Shown: in pieces, positions 9,901-17,387 of the stretch
How the letters are laid out: each line of letters opens with the position of its first letter
Numbering within the stretch: the stretch's first letter is position 1
Assembly: GCA_046290645.1 (NCBI GenBank)
Contig: JBKAGZ010000004.1
Location: 196,327 to 260,326 of the forward strand
Origin: Hyphomicrobiales bacterium
Lineage (GTDB): Bacteria; Pseudomonadota; Alphaproteobacteria; Rhizobiales; MH13
Reading direction: 5' to 3'
DNA length: 64,000 nt
Translations under genes and position numbers: made by a program
The notes under the pieces: model-generated
Database searches by the model: none
What the model saw: the letters and a program-made list of their open reading frames with translations, nothing else
What the model was told of the DNA's origin: nothing

Positions 9901-10104
9901 CTCAAGAACCTCTGAAACTTCTATGGCAACCTCACTAGCCGAGGCGCCGGGATAGGGCGTGATGACGAGCGCTGATTTGAGCGTGAAAGTGGGGTCTTCC
10001 AACTTGCCGACCCCGGCATAACCAGCCAAGCCACCAAACAAACAGAAGAGTATCAAAAGCCAGGTGTAGAGTGGCTTCTCAATCGACAAACGAGCGATCT
10101 GCAT
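6922..10104 (-). CDS. RND efflux transporter permease (AcrB/HAE family)
   Basis: 1060 aa with the typical N-terminus (SIEKPLYTWLLILF) and 12-TM/large-loop organisation. It has a Lys/Ala-rich C-terminal tail. The start lies 4 nt after the adaptor gene stop. Confidence 0.95.
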   Translation of the reverse strand: MQIARLSIEKPLYTWLLILFCLFGGLAGYAGVGKLEDPTFTLKSALVITPYPGASASEVAIEVSEVLEAEIQQMGEVNIISSRNIPGVSVIEVEMKDIYDGGDLPQIWDDLRDRIDNARSVLPDGSFPPTINDSFGDVFGLYYAVKTTGFSDAQIWEIATFLRREVLTVGGVANVEVFGLPEEAIYVEPSTRSIVNLGVDPATIFSVIGGSTALNPTGEASNGGRQVEIDAPEADDSVSSIGSLSFGVDGEVLNLTDFARVYRSRVDQPGQIIRHNGEEAFTIAIAGLTSENIVAVGARVEEKLAELETILPVGVELAPIYEQHRVVDEANGDFLNSLMMSVGIVILVLAVFMGWRSALVVGVSLLLTVSFTFFFMNIFDVKVERISLGALIIAMGMLVDNAIVVAEGMQVEMRRGRKAKDAASEVARKTQFPLLGATVIGIMAFAGIGLSPDSSGEFLFSLFAVIGISLMLSWLIAVTVTPLLANYVFKVGGLKEGKDPYDTVFFRLYGQVVRGALYVRWLVITMLLGTTVACLWAFGMVTQQFFPPANTPLFYLNYQAAQGTSVHETAGDLVKVEAWLAQREDVRAFTTTAGGPFSRYILTYTPPNPDPAFGQIIIRAESFEAIPELRADLDAFSFETLPWAEVRTEQIIYGPPVSADVEVRFSGPDPNVLRTLADEAQLIFETQTDLLLTERIDWRERELAVQPIFATDRAQALGIGRQDVSQAIALATDGVQAGVYRERERQIPILVRTPREEQSANGLVLDQPVYSRATEGFVPLEQVVDGFNVEVRDTVIERRNRVPTISVQSFTPPGVMPPSVFSEVRPLIEDMQLPPGYRMEWGGEFESASTAQQSLGRQMPLAFGTMLLLTILVFGKLRQTAVIWTLVPMAVNGVALGLLFTGLPFSFTALLGLLSLSGMLIKNGIVLVEEIDEQKKDHAFQSDAIVAASISRLRPVVLAAGTTILGMIPLLSDPFFASMAVSIMGGLGFASVLTLVGVPVLYHSYLRKERRAENAVRQAAKRKAKDERKLARQAARKSAKADNDEGKGGGLLTPQPIAAE

Positions 10105-10108
10105 CGGT

Positions 10109-11332
10109 CTATTCCTCGACTTTCAGGCCGGTGTACCGGCGCACAGATTGCCCATCGCGTAGCAGGTGTGCGCCCACATTCACAACTTCAACATCAGGCG
10201 ACAGGCCGGTGACCTCAAAACTGGTGCCGTCAATGCTGGTGACGTCCACTTCAACAGCGCGCACTACACCTTCCTCGGCGCCTGCCGGCTCAAAAACCAT
10301 GACATAGGGATCACGGTTTTCATCCGCGGCGATGGCTGTGGTTGGGAGGATCAGCGAGGCGGTTGGGTGCGGAAGAGCCGCCGTGACGGTTAATGAGCTC
10401 CCGGGCAGGAGAGCCGTAGATGACACATCGGGCAGCGCCAAGCTGAACTGGTAGCTTTGGCCAACCCGCTCGGTTTGCGCTTGGAACTCAATGATCGAAA
10501 GCTCGATGGGAGCGTCCATGCCCAAAGGATGCGCGGTGAACGTCACCTGATCGACCCTTGGAAACCGTTGGATTAAACGCTCGGGAACGTCAATTTCCAC
10601 CCGCATCTGCGAGACGTCATGAATGCGGACCACTGGGGTGCCAGGCGCTATAATGACATGATTGGCAATCAGACGCTCAGCGATAAGACCGCGATACGGG
10701 GCCGTGATCGTCGCGTCTGCAAGAGCATCGCGCGCCTCACGCAGAGCAACGTCTGCAAGGTCACGGGCCGTTTCCGCATCTTCGGCCTGTGTGCGAGGCC
10801 CAACGTTCTGGCGCGCCAATTCCTGTGCGCGCTCTAGACTGCGCTCAGCCTGTATGAGCTGGAGTTCGGCGCGCTCCACCGCCCGTTCAAACGGTGCCAG
10901 GTCAAGCTGCGCGAGAAGCTGCCCTGGCTCCACAATTGTTCCTTCCTCAATCGGGAAAGATGTCATGGTTCCGTTGAGCGGAAAGGCCAAGTCGGCCGTC
11001 TCACGCGCGACCACGCGGCCGAAGAAATTGCGTTGCAGGATGGTTTGCCGATCCGCTGGCATCGCCAACTCCACTGCCCGCAGAACTGGCGCAGCAGTTT
11101 CATCGACAACCTCTTCGGCTGGTTCTTCGCCATCAACGGGTTCTTCAGCGCCTATGCCAATCAAAGCCAGCGCTTGCTCGATAAAGGACGGCGAAGCACC
11201 CGCCGGTTCCTGTTGTTTAGAGGCCGCAACAACGGGCGTGGCTTCTTGAGCATGCGTCTGCGGCGCCAAAACCAAAGCGCACATCAAGCCCGCACTGATG
11301 AGCAATGTCTTGGATGGGGGGATGACTTGCAT
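10109..11332 (-). CDS. RND efflux periplasmic adaptor subunit (HlyD/MFP family)
   Basis: 407 aa with a signal peptide (LMCALVLAPQTHAQE) and coiled-coil/barrel-sandwich type sequence. It sits immediately upstream of the RND permease. Confidence 0.9.
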   Translation of the reverse strand: MQVIPPSKTLLISAGLMCALVLAPQTHAQEATPVVAASKQQEPAGASPSFIEQALALIGIGAEEPVDGEEPAEEVVDETAAPVLRAVELAMPADRQTILQRNFFGRVVARETADLAFPLNGTMTSFPIEEGTIVEPGQLLAQLDLAPFERAVERAELQLIQAERSLERAQELARQNVGPRTQAEDAETARDLADVALREARDALADATITAPYRGLIAERLIANHVIIAPGTPVVRIHDVSQMRVEIDVPERLIQRFPRVDQVTFTAHPLGMDAPIELSIIEFQAQTERVGQSYQFSLALPDVSSTALLPGSSLTVTAALPHPTASLILPTTAIAADENRDPYVMVFEPAGAEEGVVRAVEVDVTSIDGTSFEVTGLSPDVEVVNVGAHLLRDGQSVRRYTGLKVEE

Positions 11333-11366
11333 TGTGCTATGCCTCGCACTAACTCTGTTTTAGTCT

Positions 11367-11380
11367 ACCGACCGGTCGGT
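11367..11380. promoter_or_regulatory. perfect 14-bp palindrome ACCGACCGGTCGGT, candidate TetR operator
   Basis: Located in the 72-nt divergent region between the adaptor gene (start 11332, -) and the TetR gene (start 11405, +). Confidence 0.6.
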
Positions 11381-11404
11381 TGGTTTATAGGTTAGGAAAA
11401 GTAC

Positions 11405-12049
11405 GTGGCAAGGTCGGCGCGAAAAAAAGAGGGCACTCTGGTGTCGACTGCTGACACAATCGTCGAAACCGCGACTGCGCTTTTTATGGCGCAGGGCTAC
11501 GCCGGCACGTCGATGAGCGCGTTGGCAAAAGCATCGGGCATCCAGAAAGCAAGTCTGTACCATCACTTTGATAGCAAGGAGGCGGTACTGTTTGCCTGCT
11601 TGCAAAGCGGGTATGCCGATCACGTCGCGCAGATGCGCGAAGCAGCGACCAACTCCAGCCTGTCATTTCGCGAGCGTCTCAGCCCACTTTTGGATGCTGT
11701 TTATGGCGCGATCGTTGAATCCAACGCTGGCAAGATGGCACCGATCATTGCTGAAACAACCGGTCGGTTCCCCGAGATAGCCGAGCGTTTCAACGACGAA
11801 TTCATGGCTGAGATGCAAGCGATATTTCAGGCCTATGTTGAGGGAGGCATGCAAGCTGGCGCGTTTGATCAGATGAACACAGAAACACTTGATCACGCGC
11901 TGTTTGGTATCCCGGTGAACCTCACACTGTGCCGCTCGATGTTCGATGGGTTCGAAATTGCTGATACCAAGTATGACATCGCGACCGTCAAAGCCCACCA
12001 CCTGCAAATCATGAGCAAGCTGTTCGGTATCGACGCTCAGACCAACTAG
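11405..12049 (+). CDS. TetR/AcrR family transcriptional regulator
   Basis: N-terminal HTH ATALFMAQGYAGTSMSALAKASGIQKASLYHHF. GTG start, divergent from the RND operon. Confidence 0.9.
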   Translation: MARSARKKEGTLVSTADTIVETATALFMAQGYAGTSMSALAKASGIQKASLYHHFDSKEAVLFACLQSGYADHVAQMREAATNSSLSFRERLSPLLDAVYGAIVESNAGKMAPIIAETTGRFPEIAERFNDEFMAEMQAIFQAYVEGGMQAGAFDQMNTETLDHALFGIPVNLTLCRSMFDGFEIADTKYDIATVKAHHLQIMSKLFGIDAQTN

Positions 12050-12051
12050 GT

Positions 12052-12522
12052 TTAGCGGCGTGTGCGCTGCTCAAAGGTCTTTTTCGCTCGCTTGTGCGCA
12101 TCAGCGATCAGCGGAATGCAGGCCTGCCACGTTGCTTCAGTGGGTGAGAGAACCGCAATCCACCCCATCCAGGCATAGACCGGATGCGGCATGATCATGT
12201 CTGCTTGGGCGAAGTCCCAGGGCCCTTCGATGGTTGCGCCGTTGCCAGGTCGCTGCGGTGTCGCGCCAAACATCGAAACATAGGTTGACTTCTGAACGCC
12301 AATGTTGAGCCGCCAAATACCCTCTCGATCGAGATTTGAGCCGCGGTCATTCTCGCCATCCTTTTCTTTGACGGTGGCAAAGTAGGTGCCGCGCTTCAAA
12401 GCCTCTCCTGGATTGTAGAAGTAAGATGTTTCACCCCAGGCCTGCCTTGGGGTAACACCCGGCAATCGCGCCATGATATGATCATGGACGCTGCTGATTG
12501 TGATCCATGTGCTTTGCGACAT
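12052..12522 (-). CDS. DUF6194-like conserved protein
   Basis: Block WGETSYFYNPG...YFATVKEKDGENDRGSNLDREGIWRLNIGV...MPHPVYAWMGW matches my recollection of DUF6194. The start is ambiguous: 12522 overlaps the YafY gene by 41 nt, and ATG 12474 is the alternative. The stop is 2 nt from the convergent TetR stop. Confidence 0.6.
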   Translation of the reverse strand: MSQSTWITISSVHDHIMARLPGVTPRQAWGETSYFYNPGEALKRGTYFATVKEKDGENDRGSNLDREGIWRLNIGVQKSTYVSMFGATPQRPGNGATIEGPWDFAQADMIMPHPVYAWMGWIAVLSPTEATWQACIPLIADAHKRAKKTFEQRTRR

Positions 12523-13183
12523 GAAGGAGATAGTCCTCAATGGTTTTGCCGGGTTCGGTTGCGAAAACCTCTCCAGTAACGTCACACGCTGTCATCCGAT
12601 CAATGCGAAAAGCACGAAAACCCCGGCGCAGCTCACACCAGGCTGAACACGTCCATGCGCGCCCCCAGTAGTCGGTTTGAAGCGGGCGGATCACACGCTC
12701 ACTCAGTTTGTCGGATAAGCTTAGATAGGTAAGGTTGACCTTCAGCCTGTCCCGGATGGCGCGGCGCAAAAGCGGCATGTATTTGAGCCCGGCTCTAACA
12801 CGCTCAAACTCGTAAAGACCGAAACCCCAGCTATCGGGCGTCTTTCTTCGGTTGGGCGCATGACTTGCAATTTTCTCATGCAGCGTTCTAGCGGCGCCCT
12901 GAAGTTCGGTATCCGCCACTTCCTGCACAATCGACATCCCAAGGCTGAGAGCTTCAAGTTCACTGAGCGATAACGCCAGGGGCGGAAGAAAGATCGGCTC
13001 GCGTAGGAGATAGCCAACGCCCCGCTCGCCTTCGATTGGCACCCCGGACGCAACGAGCGTGCCGATGTCCCTGTAAATCGTGCGCTCAGAAACCTCCAAA
13101 GCCTCTGCCAAGTCGCGAGCCAGGTGAAGCCGTCCATCACGGACGATCTCCACAATCTCGCTGAGCCGCTCACTGCGCCTCAT
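12482..13183 (-). CDS. YafY family transcriptional regulator (HTH + WYL domain)
   Basis: N-terminal RRSERLSEIVEIV...ARDLAEALEVSERTIYRDI HTH followed by a WYL-type C-terminal region. Confidence 0.85.
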   Translation of the reverse strand: MRRSERLSEIVEIVRDGRLHLARDLAEALEVSERTIYRDIGTLVASGVPIEGERGVGYLLREPIFLPPLALSLSELEALSLGMSIVQEVADTELQGAARTLHEKIASHAPNRRKTPDSWGFGLYEFERVRAGLKYMPLLRRAIRDRLKVNLTYLSLSDKLSERVIRPLQTDYWGRAWTCSAWCELRRGFRAFRIDRMTACDVTGEVFATEPGKTIEDYLLHVAKHMDHNQQRP

Positions 13184-13192
13184 GTCTGTCGA

Positions 13193-13513
13193 TCAGTTCA
13201 CAGACACTTCAAGTTCGGTGTGATGCATTTTCACGGTTGAACCGTCGATTGCCGATAAAAAAGGACGGTTGGTTTCCACCGCCCCAAGCGCAGCAGCGGC
13301 ACCTTTAGCCGCTTCCATCGTCTCCCACTCGATATGCTCAATCCACGCACCGTCTTCGCCACAAGACAAGCGGCGAGAGATGAAGCCGGGCCGTGCGGTC
13401 ACAAAATCATTCATCGATTGGGCGGAGGCGGAAAATTGCTCCCGGCTTACGCCCTCATTGAGCTTGAAGGTTACGGTCTCAATAACGTGCTTGGTCATGG
13501 GCTTCATCTCCAC
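13193..13513 (-). CDS. small ABM/Dabb-fold (antibiotic biosynthesis monooxygenase-like) protein
   Basis: 106 aa, 9 nt upstream of the YafY gene. Typical ~100-aa ferredoxin-like pattern (ETVTFKL...W.S.EA). The start could be GTG 13513 or ATG 13507. Confidence 0.6.
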   Translation of the reverse strand: MEMKPMTKHVIETVTFKLNEGVSREQFSASAQSMNDFVTARPGFISRRLSCGEDGAWIEHIEWETMEAAKGAAAALGAVETNRPFLSAIDGSTVKMHHTELEVSVN

Positions 13514-13675
13514 TTCGAGTTCTTAGATGTGGAGATGGTAGATGAGCCCAACTGACAAAGCCTGTCAGTTGATCGCATCACCGAAGCGCCGGAGCCGCTT
13601 ACATCATTTGCGAGCACCTAAGATCGGAGGCGGCAAAGAACTGGACGTAATAAAGCGGCAGATCCTCAAACACCA

Positions 13676-13957
13676 CTATGTCTCATCTTCAGGCGTTTCA
13701 GAGGATTTTTGGCTTGATCGCGCGCCGTCAGAGTTTGGATGTGTGCCGCGTGGCCAACGCTTGGCCTTGCGCATACCGTGGATGGCTACGCCAAGGACCA
13801 AAACCGCGAGAACCAGCGGCACCGCATGAAAAGGTGACGCCAAGAAATGATCGACCAAAGATGATGGTGCCATTGCATCATGATGACCGGGATGCGCCGC
13901 TGCGATCTGCGTTGAAGCCAGCATCAAGAGTGCGGTTCTCGATATCAGAGTCTTCAC
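13676..13957 (-). CDS. small secreted/membrane-anchored His-bearing protein (signal peptide, HPGHHD, one TM)
   Basis: GTG 13957 is preceded by AAGGGA and lies 1 nt after the His-rich gene stop. Predicted signal peptide KTLISRTALLMLASTQIAAA, then HPGHHDAMAPSSLVDHFLASPFH, then TM segment VPLVLAVLVLGVAI. Last gene of the riboswitch operon. Confidence 0.55.
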   Translation of the reverse strand: MKTLISRTALLMLASTQIAAAHPGHHDAMAPSSLVDHFLASPFHAVPLVLAVLVLGVAIHGMRKAKRWPRGTHPNSDGARSSQKSSETPEDET

Positions 13958-13958
13958 G

Positions 13959-14456
13959 TTAGTTCCCTTCGGTTTGAGTGTGTTTGGCATCGAGTGCGTC
14001 GACCAAGTCGACATCGGCCCGTTCGGTCAGCGACACGTAAACGAATGTCATGGTCTCACGCTCTTCAACCATGGATGCTGGGTAAGGAAGGTAGACCAGG
14101 TCGCGCTGCGCAAACGCTGGCGATGCTGTGCCCAGCTGCCATTTGCTTTCAATCACGGTATCAACGAGGTGCATCTTTAGGCCATCGCTCCCCGTACGAC
14201 TGATCGGGATGCCGGCCAGCTCCATGAAGGAAGGTTTATCGTCTGCCTTTCGGAACCCCTCAATAAAGGATGCGGCCAAGGACTGCAGACGATGCTGACG
14301 CTCCTTTTTTGGATCAACATGCACATGGCTGTGCATGTGCTCGTGGTCATGCGTGTGATTGTGACCAACGCCATGGTCATGGCCATGATGATCATGCCCA
14401 TCGTGATCATGGCTGTGGGTGTGGGTGTGCTCGTTTTGATGGCGATGTTGGCTCAT
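13959..14456 (-). CDS. extremely His-rich protein, putative metallochaperone
   Basis: 20 of the first 46 residues are His (HTHTHSHDHDGHDHHGHDHGVGHNHTHDHEHMHSHVH), followed by a ~110-aa non-repetitive domain. The ATG overlaps the ureohydrolase stop (ATGA). Confidence 0.8.
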   Translation of the reverse strand: MSQHRHQNEHTHTHSHDHDGHDHHGHDHGVGHNHTHDHEHMHSHVHVDPKKERQHRLQSLAASFIEGFRKADDKPSFMELAGIPISRTGSDGLKMHLVDTVIESKWQLGTASPAFAQRDLVYLPYPASMVEERETMTFVYVSLTERADVDLVDALDAKHTQTEGN

Positions 14457-15715
14457 GGCTTCAAATCCCAGCCTTGAGAGTCAACATCCGGCCCCTGAGG
14501 AATGGAAACAGGTTTGTCGATGATCGCCTTGTGAGAGCCGAGCTTCCCGTGGCTCACAAGAGTGCCAAGCACATCAACGATGACCCGTGTGGCCAGCAGC
14601 GCCGTGATGTCTGAGGTGTCATAGGGCGGAGAAACCTCGACCACTTCGAGCCCGCATATGCCTTCCTTGGCAACCAGCGAGACAAGCTCTAGCGCTTCAC
14701 GTGGCAGAAACCCGCCGGGCTCCGGCCAACCGGTTCCAGGCACGAAGCCACAATCAACGCTGTCAATGTCGAATGAGATGTAGACTGCGTCCGCGTCTTT
14801 CCATGCAAGTTCAAGCGCACGTGCTGCGGTTTCCGCCAGTCCCATCTCTTCGATGTCACGCATTGTAAAAATGTTGGTGTTGCGCTTGCGCGCTTCCTCA
14901 ACGCCCTCGCGCGGCACCTGCCAACCACCAATGCCCACCTGCACCAGGTTGACTGCCGGCACATTGGCAAGGTCCGTCGCATGGAACCAGGGCGTGGTGT
15001 GCATGCGTTCATCCAAGTCTTTTTCCTGGATGTCGATATGCCGGTCGAAATGGACAATACCGATGCGTTTGGACGTACATTGGGCAATACCGCGCACGCA
15101 TGGGAAGCCAATCGAATGGTCACCGCCGATCATGATCGGCAGCGCACCTGAGGATGCAACATGGCTGACTGCACGGGAAACCTGATCAAAGGTTTTTTCG
15201 ATGTTGGCGGGAATTGTGAAAACATCCCCGACATCACACAGCGTCATCTGCTCGCGTAGATCGATACCCATTTCATAATTGTAAGGCGTGTAGAGCGCCG
15301 AGATCTTGCGCACGCCTTGCGGGCCAAAGCGTGTGCCTGGGCGATAGGTGGTGCCGCCATCAAAAGGCACACCAATGATGGCTGCATCATAATTACCAAC
15401 CAGAGTGGCGTCTTCAATGTAAGGTGCCTTCAAGAAGGTGTTGATGCCGGCATAATGGGGCAGCTCACCACGGGCGAATGTTGGTATCGTCTTGTCTTCC
15501 AGACTGTCGGAGCCTGTCAGTCCCATACGCAGCGCCCAGGCGCGTTCTTGCTGCCAGGCGGCGGACGGCAGCGTGCCTTCCTTCTGGGCAGACTTCCAGC
15601 CGCGCATCTGGAGCTTGTCAAAATCAGGGTGGTGCTGCCGCGCACGACGGCCCTTTTTGGCCCGGTCCGATTTCCGAGAGGCACGGCGTGGCCCCATTCC
15701 AAACAGTTCTTCCAT
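14453..15715 (-). CDS. arginase-fold ureohydrolase (agmatinase family), candidate guanidine hydrolase
   Basis: Family motifs IGGDHSIGFP, HFDRHID, SFDIDSVD and GLEVVEVSPPYD. There is a ~70-residue Arg/Lys-rich N-terminal extension relative to SpeB-type enzymes. GGAG lies 7 nt upstream of the ATG. The gene is in a guanidine-I riboswitch operon. Confidence 0.85.
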   Translation of the reverse strand: MEELFGMGPRRASRKSDRAKKGRRARQHHPDFDKLQMRGWKSAQKEGTLPSAAWQQERAWALRMGLTGSDSLEDKTIPTFARGELPHYAGINTFLKAPYIEDATLVGNYDAAIIGVPFDGGTTYRPGTRFGPQGVRKISALYTPYNYEMGIDLREQMTLCDVGDVFTIPANIEKTFDQVSRAVSHVASSGALPIMIGGDHSIGFPCVRGIAQCTSKRIGIVHFDRHIDIQEKDLDERMHTTPWFHATDLANVPAVNLVQVGIGGWQVPREGVEEARKRNTNIFTMRDIEEMGLAETAARALELAWKDADAVYISFDIDSVDCGFVPGTGWPEPGGFLPREALELVSLVAKEGICGLEVVEVSPPYDTSDITALLATRVIVDVLGTLVSHGKLGSHKAIIDKPVSIPQGPDVDSQGWDLKP

Positions 15716-15730
15716 GGTTGGCTCCAGTCG

Positions 15731-16543
15731 TCAGTTAGGGTGTGCTGCTGGGGTGCTGAAGAGCTGTTCTGGCTCGGGCACCGTTGCACCGGTCTTTTGA
15801 TCAAGTGGTAGGTCGTAAGTGATGGTCGCCCCGTAGCGCTCCGGCGCGTGGGGGTCATGGCGCGTCTTGTCAAAAACGAGCACGCGGCTTCCAAGCTTGA
15901 AGGCTTCGTTGATATCGTGGGTGACCATGAAGATGGTCATTTCGAGCTCTTGCCAGAGGTCGAGCAGCAACGCGTGCATGTCCAGCCGGATGCCCGGGTC
16001 GAGCGCGCCAAAAGGTTCATCAAGAAGCAGAACGCTAGGTCGCTTGAGAAGCGCTTGCGCAATCGCCAATCGCTGCTGCATGCCGCCCGAAAGTTGGGTT
16101 GGAAAGCGCTTGCGTGCGGCCGCCAACCCAATTTTCTCCAGCGTTTCGCTGACTGCCTCGCGCGCTTGGCGGCGCGTGGCACCGAATAGCCGCCCCGTCA
16201 CAAAACTGCGCTCAAATTCGCTCGCCAGTATCAGATTGTCTTCGACCGACAAATGCGGAAACACCGAATACCGCTGGAACACGATGCCGCGGTCGGGGGT
16301 TGGCTCACCTGGCAGTGGCTCGCCATCAAGCAGGATCTCACCGCGCGTCGGTGTTTCCTGCGACAACAGCATGCGCAGGAATGTTGATTTCCCACAGCCG
16401 GACGCACCAACAATCGTGCAAAACGCTCCTTGGTCCACATCAAGCGAAACACGCTCCAGCACAATCGTATCGCCATAAGACTTGCCAACATTGCGCACAG
16501 CAAGCTTCGGTAGGGCGCCAGTCTCTGCCGCAGCCTCACTCAT
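15731..16543 (-). CDS. ABC transporter ATP-binding protein (NitT/TauT family)
   Basis: Walker A GASGCGKST, signature LSGGMQQR, Walker B LLLDEPF. Overlaps the permease gene by 4 nt. Confidence 0.9.
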   Translation of the reverse strand: MSEAAAETGALPKLAVRNVGKSYGDTIVLERVSLDVDQGAFCTIVGASGCGKSTFLRMLLSQETPTRGEILLDGEPLPGEPTPDRGIVFQRYSVFPHLSVEDNLILASEFERSFVTGRLFGATRRQAREAVSETLEKIGLAAARKRFPTQLSGGMQQRLAIAQALLKRPSVLLLDEPFGALDPGIRLDMHALLLDLWQELEMTIFMVTHDINEAFKLGSRVLVFDKTRHDPHAPERYGATITYDLPLDQKTGATVPEPEQLFSTPAAHPN

Positions 16544-17361
16544 AAGCTTTCACCTTGCATATGGTGCCAAGGGAAAGCTCGGCGCGAGAGCATTAAAAGC
16601 AACTGATCCAAAATGTAGGCGAGCAGGGTGATCCACAGCACGTAAGGCAAGATGACATCCATCGCCAAAAACCGCCTGACCAGAAAGATGCGGTATCCAA
16701 GACCGGACGTTGATGCGATGGCTTCGGCGGAGATGAGGAAAATCCAGCCAGGCACAAGCCCAAGCCGGACCGCTGTAATCAGCTTGGGCAACACTTGAGG
16801 CAGAACCAGTCGTACGATCATGTGCCAGGTGTTGGCGCCCAATGTCTGGGCCTTGATAACCAGCTCTTTGGGGATGTCGATAACGGCCTGGGCGATGGAT
16901 CGGGTCATGACCGGTGCAGTGCCCAGCGTGACCAACATGACCTTCGACGTTTCGCCCAAGCCAACCATGATGAAAAGGATTGGCAGGATGGTGATCGGTG
17001 GGATCAGCGAAATCGCCGCGACATAGGGCGCAAGCATCGTGCGCGCATGTGGCAGAAACCCGATCAAAATGCCCAGCACCAGTGCAACGGTAGTTGCCAG
17101 GCCCACCCCAATGCCGAGCCGCCAAAGACTATCGAACGTGTCGACCCACAACAGAAGGTCCCCTGTTCGGCGATCTGGGACAAAAGCCATGCGCCAGAAT
17201 GTTGACCCCATCTGCCCCAGTGAAGGCAACAGCTTGTCGGCTGGGTTTTCCAGGCGGCGATAGTGGCTCGCCACCGCGTAGGCAATCACAGTCGCCGCAA
17301 AGGGAAGCGCGACGAGTGTGAAAGCCGCAACCCGGCCAGGGGATCGATTGATCAGGCGCAT
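16540..17361 (-). CDS. ABC transporter permease (NitT/TauT family)
   Basis: 273-aa polytopic membrane protein of the BPD-transport type, lying between the SBP and ATPase genes. Confidence 0.9.
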   Translation of the reverse strand: MRLINRSPGRVAAFTLVALPFAATVIAYAVASHYRRLENPADKLLPSLGQMGSTFWRMAFVPDRRTGDLLLWVDTFDSLWRLGIGVGLATTVALVLGILIGFLPHARTMLAPYVAAISLIPPITILPILFIMVGLGETSKVMLVTLGTAPVMTRSIAQAVIDIPKELVIKAQTLGANTWHMIVRLVLPQVLPKLITAVRLGLVPGWIFLISAEAIASTSGLGYRIFLVRRFLAMDVILPYVLWITLLAYILDQLLLMLSRRAFPWHHMQGESL

Positions 17362-17387
17362 GGTTGCCGACGTCCGATCAGCGCGGC

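Noticed and set aside
14177-14614. ORFs in other frames or on the other strand across the His-codon repeat
   Set aside because: They are generated by the CAC/CAT/GAC repetitive tract of the His-rich gene. Only the frame with the ATGA coupling to the ureohydrolase is supported.
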